Part shown: positions 63,884-64,000 of the stretch, piece by piece
How positions within the stretch are numbered: position 1 is the stretch's first letter
Layout: each line of letters begins with the position of its first letter
NCBI GenBank assembly: GCA_025929155.1
Contig: JAICMR010000002.1
Span: 3,511 to 67,510 of the forward strand
Reading direction: 5' to 3'
From: Chthoniobacterales bacterium
GTDB lineage: Bacteria > Verrucomicrobiota > Verrucomicrobiia > Chthoniobacterales > UBA10450
DNA length: 64,000 nt
Translations under genes and position numbers: made by a program
Notes under the pieces: model-generated
Told to the model about the DNA's origin: nothing
Seen by the model: only the letters and a program-made list of their open reading frames with translations
The model's database searches: none

Positions 63884-64000
63884 GTCACTACTGGCGCACT
63901 CCGGTCGGCGCCCCAGATGAACCAACGACAACGTCCTCCTCTCTTGGGGAGATCCAACTTCTGGCCCGGCGGTCACCGTGCTTCAAACTGCCTAACGAAC

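Larger units (their letters stand above)
463..63998. repeat. Dispersed over-represented word CCTAACGA (mostly GCCTAACGA): 51 exact copies on + and 17 on -
   Basis: Hand scan of the whole window; positions are listed in the first finding. A random 8-mer is expected about once per strand in 64 kb. Confidence 0.9.

Noticed and set aside
63917-64000. Possible start of another + strand gene (ATG at 63917, MNQRQRPPLLGRSNFWPGGHRASNCLTN...)
   Set aside because: Only 28 codons are visible, with no motif. It cannot be supported.

Overview
High-GC, gene-dense chromosomal segment. Gene content (prepilin-type pseudopilin, giant DUF11/autotransporter-repeat surface protein, DUF1802, many secreted TPR proteins) suggests a Verrucomicrobiota- or Planctomycetota-like soil bacterium, but that is inference only. 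I call about 60 CDSs, mostly housekeeping: nrdJ 5' end, modBC, pepF, gnd, panB-folK-dapB-dapA-dapF, queD/queE, cfa, hpt, moaD, nrdR, fabI, purSQ, bioD. There is also one tRNA-Ser(CGA) and one decayed HAD-hydrolase pseudogene. I saw no rRNA, CRISPR array, transposase, integrase or phage genes. Many ORF-track starts are over-extended, and I re-set them where an internal ATG gives a signal peptide or canonical N-terminus. The strongest signal is at the DNA level, not a gene. The 8-mer CCTAACGA (usually GCCTAACGA) occurs 68 times by my hand count, about 1 per kb against about 1 per strand expected. It runs 51:17 in favour of the + strand regardless of gene orientation or reading frame. This behaviour resembles uptake sequences (DUS/USS) or Chi/KOPS-type polar motifs, and I do not recognise the word as a described one. 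Second, a family of about 50-130 bp palindromic intergenic elements with GT(C/T)ATCC(C/T)GAG termini has at least 8 copies. Other loci worth a look: a partial type IV pilus/T2SS-like module with two tandem PilB/GspE ATPases; a divergent sigma/anti-sigma pair flanked by a secreted CHAT-TPR protease and a 1176-aa repeat-rich surface protein; a modBC operon without modA behind a 250-nt leader that may be a Moco riboswitch; and a cupredoxin/two-kinase/one-regulator cluster. All counts and coordinates were read by eye and no searches were run.
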